From: a virus
IMG/VR virus record: IMGVR_UViG_3300045988_175656
Length of the DNA stretch: 64,000 bases
Reading direction: 5' to 3' (one strand)
Below the pieces are notes generated by a model. The model did not search any database, was not told the origin of the DNA, and saw only the letters and a list, made by a program, of their open reading frames with translations. The first letter of the stretch is position 1. Each line of letters starts with the position of its first letter. Below are positions 60,472 through 64,000 of this stretch, in pieces. Both the position numbers and the translations under genes were made by a program.

Positions 60472-60828
60472 ATGGCGAGCACATTCAAAATTATACAAGC
60501 AGGAAAAGCTCAAATGGTATTAAGAATAATCTTTGGACAATGTTTAGGGCAAATAAAAGATGAAGTTTTTACCACAGGTACAGCTTATATAGGCAATAAA
60601 ACTTATGATTTTTTTTATCAGAAATTAGCAGGTCAAGAATTACAAGGTAATTATCCTTTAGACGAATCTTATGAAAGTGAGATTGGTAAACCTTTTTCTG
60701 TGCAGATTAATGATGTTTCATTTAATGGTGAGTCTATAATGGATAATCCTAATCTTCATTTCACAGATTATAATACAGTTGTTGAAATGGATAATGTATA
60801 TGGTATAGCATATGATTGTAGAACTTAA
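60472..60828 (+). CDS. hypothetical protein, MASTFKI N-terminal module (paralog B)
   Basis: The N-terminus MASTFKIIQAGK is shared with 14104..14442. The rest of the protein is unrelated by eye. Confidence 0.65.
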   Translation: MASTFKIIQAGKAQMVLRIIFGQCLGQIKDEVFTTGTAYIGNKTYDFFYQKLAGQELQGNYPLDESYESEIGKPFSVQINDVSFNGESIMDNPNLHFTDYNTVVEMDNVYGIAYDCRT

Positions 60829-60830
60829 TA

Positions 60831-60858
60831 AAAAAGCCTGATATTATTCAGGCTTTTC
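60831..60858. terminator. bidirectional terminator
   Basis: AAAAAGCCTGA-TATTAT-TCAGGCTTTT, followed by T-rich sequence. Confidence 0.65.
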
Positions 60859-60990
60859 TTTTTTATCTTTGTCTAATAAATCTAATACATGTCTTTTTAG
60901 ACATTCAGGAGTATTATATATGCTTCTCCAATTATTTTTTACAAGTTCATAGAACATTTGTATAATATCTTTATCAATTTCTGGTATCAT
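60844..60990 (-). CDS. possible 48-aa protein
   Basis: Unlisted ORF MIPEIDKDIIQMFYELVKNNWRSIYNTPECLKRHVLDLLDKDKKEKPE, starting 8 nt after the stop of 60999..62489. Its stop lies in the terminator loop. Confidence 0.35.
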   Translation of the reverse strand: MIPEIDKDIIQMFYELVKNNWRSIYNTPECLKRHVLDLLDKDKKEKPE

Positions 60991-60998
60991 AATTTTAA

Positions 60999-62489
60999 TT
61001 ATTTTAAATAATATTTTCTTATTTGGTTTTTATTGTTGATACTATCTTTTCCATGATAGAAATCTTGACTATTAACAAACTGTGGCAATCTATATGATGC
61101 TGCTTGGAAGAATTTAAGGTTTTCATATTGAAATGAACCAAAATCAAATAATTCTCTTTTTTCTTCATCACCAATTCCCAATTTATTTACAATGTCAAGC
61201 ATTTGTAATACTGAAATATTATTTTTAGCAAGATGCTGTAAATAATAGTAAAAGTGATTATCATCTTTACTTTTATGTTTACCTTCAGCCATGCCATAAA
61301 GATTATTTATAAAACGTTCTCTATCAGGTATAATATCCCAAAATGATGTTTTATTTGGATTAGGTATTATTATTTCATTAAAATTACGTCCTTTATAAGT
61401 TAAGAATTGGATTTGTTTTTCTTTATCTGTTAATTGGTCACTATCATAATCGGAAACAGTTCCTAATTCAGTTTTATATTTTAACGCATCTCTATAACTT
61501 TTTAATCCATGTTTTCTAAAATAGTCAGTTAGCAATTTAACAACTTTTTGTGATTCTTCGTTTGGTTGTCTTGACAATCCACTAATTTCATTAGAAATTT
61601 CATCCATAATTCCACGCATCCCACCATAATATCCGCTATTGATATTACTGATAAGTTGACCATTTAGATATTTTTCAAGACCATATTGTTTAAGTAGGTT
61701 TGCAGCTTCTCTTCCACTATCTTTTTCTGAAACCTCACCTGCAAACATAAACTTTAATATTTTAGCCAATACATTAGCATAAGTTTTTCTATCTGCTTTG
61801 TCGTTAGGTTTTGTATCATAATATCTACTATAATTTTCATAGTCATCATTAATTTGTTTATTCAATGTATTGTCACTTTGTTTGTTAAAATCATTTTCAT
61901 TGTCATAAACAAATATCCACCTATTTAATTTTGACATTAGCATATGATAAACATATTGATATTGGTTTTTATCTTGTGGATTAAAAATTACATCAATTCT
62001 TTTAATATACTTATGCGCATCGTATAGAGTTGGTTCATTAGAAAACATTCTATCTTCAGACTCATTACTTGTATGGTGGGCTTTTGAATCCAAATCAGTA
62101 TCTCTATTACCATTATAATAGCTCATTTTACCCATTGATGAACCCCAGTAGTCAATTGCTTTTCCTTTGAATCTTTGTGAAAGTTTTCTGCCATCAAATT
62201 CAATTCTCACACCTGCTGTTCTAAACTTATATGAATAGCCAAAATTAACATTTCTTTGTCTTGTTAGAGACAAATAATACAATTCTTTTCTGTTTGTATT
62301 ATCAGCACTACCACCTAATGCAGATTGAAGATATATTGTATCAGTATTGGCAATTTTTAAGCCTGTGTTAAGTGATGTATAATGAAACACTTCATCAGAC
62401 AGTGCTTCTGATAACAAAGCTAACTTAGATTCAGGAATAATAATTTTCTTCTTTTCTCTTATATTATTTAAATTTGTATATAGTATCAT
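60999..62489 (-). CDS. hypothetical protein (496 aa)
   Basis: Second-largest ORF in the window. The N-terminal third has an H-Y-T / Y-Y-L-S / E-S-E-D-R series that could be an ADP-ribosyltransferase-like core. This is weak and motif-only. Confidence 0.75.
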   Translation of the reverse strand: MILYTNLNNIREKKKIIIPESKLALLSEALSDEVFHYTSLNTGLKIANTDTIYLQSALGGSADNTNRKELYYLSLTRQRNVNFGYSYKFRTAGVRIEFDGRKLSQRFKGKAIDYWGSSMGKMSYYNGNRDTDLDSKAHHTSNESEDRMFSNEPTLYDAHKYIKRIDVIFNPQDKNQYQYVYHMLMSKLNRWIFVYDNENDFNKQSDNTLNKQINDDYENYSRYYDTKPNDKADRKTYANVLAKILKFMFAGEVSEKDSGREAANLLKQYGLEKYLNGQLISNINSGYYGGMRGIMDEISNEISGLSRQPNEESQKVVKLLTDYFRKHGLKSYRDALKYKTELGTVSDYDSDQLTDKEKQIQFLTYKGRNFNEIIIPNPNKTSFWDIIPDRERFINNLYGMAEGKHKSKDDNHFYYYLQHLAKNNISVLQMLDIVNKLGIGDEEKRELFDFGSFQYENLKFFQAASYRLPQFVNSQDFYHGKDSINNKNQIRKYYLK

Positions 62490-62490
62490 A

Positions 62491-63051
62491 TTACTTTGCT
62501 TGTTTTAAATTTTCTAAAGGTTTTGGTTTAAGAATATTCCATGTTCTTCCATTATCAAGTGAGAACTCCCAGAATGTATCAATCATCCATCCTGATTTTT
62601 TTGCTTTATCAACTGATTTATCTAATGTAATAGTTCTATACATTACATATTTTCCATTTCTTTTAGCCCCACCATTTAAAAGGTCAATTGCGGTTCTAAG
62701 ATTATTTGTACCATAAGCTCCAGAGCCAAATAATGACATTGTTGAAGGAATTGCATCATTACCAAAATTTTTTATCTTATATATTGTAAATTTATTTTGA
62801 TTTACAATTCTTCTATTATCATCTGTTGCTTGAAAAGTTTCACCATTATAATCATAGGTTGAAGGTTGACTTACAACATCATTACTAGCATGACCACCAT
62901 TGTCAACAGCTAATGGGTTATAGCCAAGATTTCTATTGGCTACTGTTCTACTATTATCAGGTGTAATACTATCTTTATATCTATCTTCATTTAAAATTTC
63001 TCGTATTGTAGATTCAATTAAAGAGATAAAATTATTTTTACTTATTTTCAT
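62491..63051 (-). CDS. hypothetical protein
   Basis: ORF track; 1-nt gap to the 60999..62489 gene. Confidence 0.7.
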   Translation of the reverse strand: MKISKNNFISLIESTIREILNEDRYKDSITPDNSRTVANRNLGYNPLAVDNGGHASNDVVSQPSTYDYNGETFQATDDNRRIVNQNKFTIYKIKNFGNDAIPSTMSLFGSGAYGTNNLRTAIDLLNGGAKRNGKYVMYRTITLDKSVDKAKKSGWMIDTFWEFSLDNGRTWNILKPKPLENLKQAK

Positions 63052-63126
63052 ATTGTTATATGTTATTATATATGATAAATATGATTAAAAATTACTATTT
63101 ATTGGTATATAAAATATAAATAAACG

Positions 63127-63417
63127 ATGGATAAAGATAAAGTTATATTTCTAAATTCTAGGTTTATAGATGGAAGTGATGCTCGTGTGCCAAATGCTTC
63201 AGCAATTGATTATGGTGAAATAGCCATCAATTACAAAGCCAAATATGAGACAATATCTTTTAAAAACGACAATGAAGAACTTGTTCGTTTAAAACCTATG
63301 TATTTAGTTGATAATAAATTAAATGAAATCAGAAGAACTATTTTTTATCAAGTAGTCATTCCTGATTCACCTAAGAATGGAGATATGTGGATTGTACCAC
63401 CGCCAACGATTAAATAA
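63127..63417 (+). CDS. hypothetical protein (possible tail-fibre-type N-terminus)
   Basis: AIDYGEIAINYKAKYETISFKNDNEELVRL resembles the GE(I/L)A(I/V)N...-type N-terminal motif seen in some phage fibre proteins. This is weak. Confidence 0.6.
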   Translation: MDKDKVIFLNSRFIDGSDARVPNASAIDYGEIAINYKAKYETISFKNDNEELVRLKPMYLVDNKLNEIRRTIFYQVVIPDSPKNGDMWIVPPPTIK

Positions 63418-63438
63418 AAAACTATTATAAAAAGAAAG

Positions 63439-63786
63439 ATGAAACAAGAAATTTACAATGATTATGGCTTCATAGAAAGTGATTATTTATACACTCTACC
63501 TGAAGAAAGAAGAGATTGGAGAATAAAGATAGAAAACGAGATTGAAGAAGCCAAAGAAAGTATTAATACAAATGTGGATGAAGCTGAAGATAAATTATCT
63601 ACGGATATTACAGAAGCAAAGGTTGAGATAAATAACAACATTGAATCATCAAAAGATGAAATTATAAATGAATTACATACAACAGTTAATTCATATGTAG
63701 TTAATGCTAAAAATGAAGTAATATCTAATGATAATGCTAATAAGGAAACTATATTAACAACTATTAAAGGTTGGCTTAAAATTTAG
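63439..63786 (+). CDS. hypothetical acidic coiled-coil protein
   Basis: ORF track; repetitive (I/V)(N/D)..(V/I)(D/E).AK periodicity. Confidence 0.6.
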   Translation: MKQEIYNDYGFIESDYLYTLPEERRDWRIKIENEIEEAKESINTNVDEAEDKLSTDITEAKVEINNNIESSKDEIINELHTTVNSYVVNAKNEVISNDNANKETILTTIKGWLKI

Positions 63787-63833
63787 GCTACCTTTCAAAT
63801 AATAAATTAATATTTATAGTAAAACAATATATA

Positions 63834-64000
63834 ATGGAAAATTACGCATATTATATAGATAAATATTGTGATAACCGTCCCTTAGTTGGTTATGGAACTC
63901 AATTTAAACAATACTTAGATGAAGCGTTAAGTGGCAATACAATTAACATCTCTAAGATTAGTGAAGAATTGAAAGAAGTTGATGAACATTTAACAGATGT
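63834..64000 (+). CDS. hypothetical protein (5' part; runs off window end)
   Basis: ATG at 63834 (MENYAYYIDKYCDNRPLVGYG...), open to the window end. Confidence 0.5.
   Translation, partial: MENYAYYIDKYCDNRPLVGYGTQFKQYLDEALSGNTINISKISEELKEVDEHLTD

Noticed and set aside
3033-62716. About 30 further track ORFs that overlap better ORFs on the opposite strand or in another frame: 3033, 4020, 5328, 11336, 13122, 17126, 17903(-), 18193, 18344, 21131, 21770, 22730, 23727, 23777(-), 25928, 26208, 29049, 29495, 34514, 40284, 40327, 40815, 43593(-), 44675(-), 45098(-), 53044(-), 58725(-), 59834(-), 62474.
   Set aside because: They are shadow ORFs, which are typical of AT-rich DNA. They are F/I/L/N/K-rich, lack promoter or leader signals, break the strand-coherent gene arrays, and each is fully covered by a better-supported gene.
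1-64000. Stop-codon reassignment (TAG or TGA recoding), as seen in some large gut phages.
   Set aside because: Under the standard code the ORFs tile both arms almost without gaps, and their starts and stops abut. The few large gaps contain all three stop codons in every frame. Nothing in this window requires recoding.
1-64000. A prophage, integrative element or transposon interpretation.
   Set aside because: No integrase, recombinase, transposase, att-like direct repeats or host housekeeping genes are visible. The only mobile-type gene is the free-standing HNH endonuclease.

Overview
This window is strongly AT-rich and very gene-dense. It reads as part of a large bacteriophage genome whose host is a member of the Bacteroidota. 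Nearly every intergenic gap carries the Bacteroidota sigma-A promoter signature: TTTG at -33, a 19-20 nt spacer, then TAnnTTTG at -7. Layout: (i) 1-41.8 kb holds about 105 small co-directional minus-strand genes, with one plus-strand insert at 14.1 kb. (ii) 41.8-42.3 kb is a divergent switch region. (iii) 42.3-54.5 kb holds about 27 small plus-strand genes. (iv) 54.5-56.8 kb holds a C/G-tract island and a free-standing HNH-AP2 homing endonuclease. (v) 56.8-64 kb is a mixed-strand module of larger genes with different intergenic architecture, possibly a late or virion module. Few products are recognisable from motifs: a DUF932-like protein, DUF262 and ParB-like proteins, RNase H, a KH (uS3-like) protein, a secreted 3D-domain wall hydrolase, a radical SAM enzyme, two HExxH proteins, a PD-(D/E)XK-like nuclease, several Zn-ribbon mini-proteins and small membrane proteins. 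There is one tRNA-Leu(CAA). I see no CRISPR array, integrase or transposase. The most interesting signals are non-coding. (1) A 12-copy dispersed family of promoter-driven, ORF-less units has an invariant AGUAUAGUCUCC tail and a hairpin that covaries between copies. Several copies look like stand-alone sRNA genes of about 110 nt. (2) Three other families of small conserved hairpins or palindromes lie in leaders. (3) Promoter modules carry a hairpin in the spacer. (4) There are two sharply different leader classes: a conserved A-rich AACAATTAAA leader and strong SD-like AGAAAGGAG leaders. (5) Several ORF-free transcription units or regions are present at 28.9, 33.3-34.1 and 51.8-52.2 kb. All functional calls rest on motif recognition by eye. 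No database search was possible.
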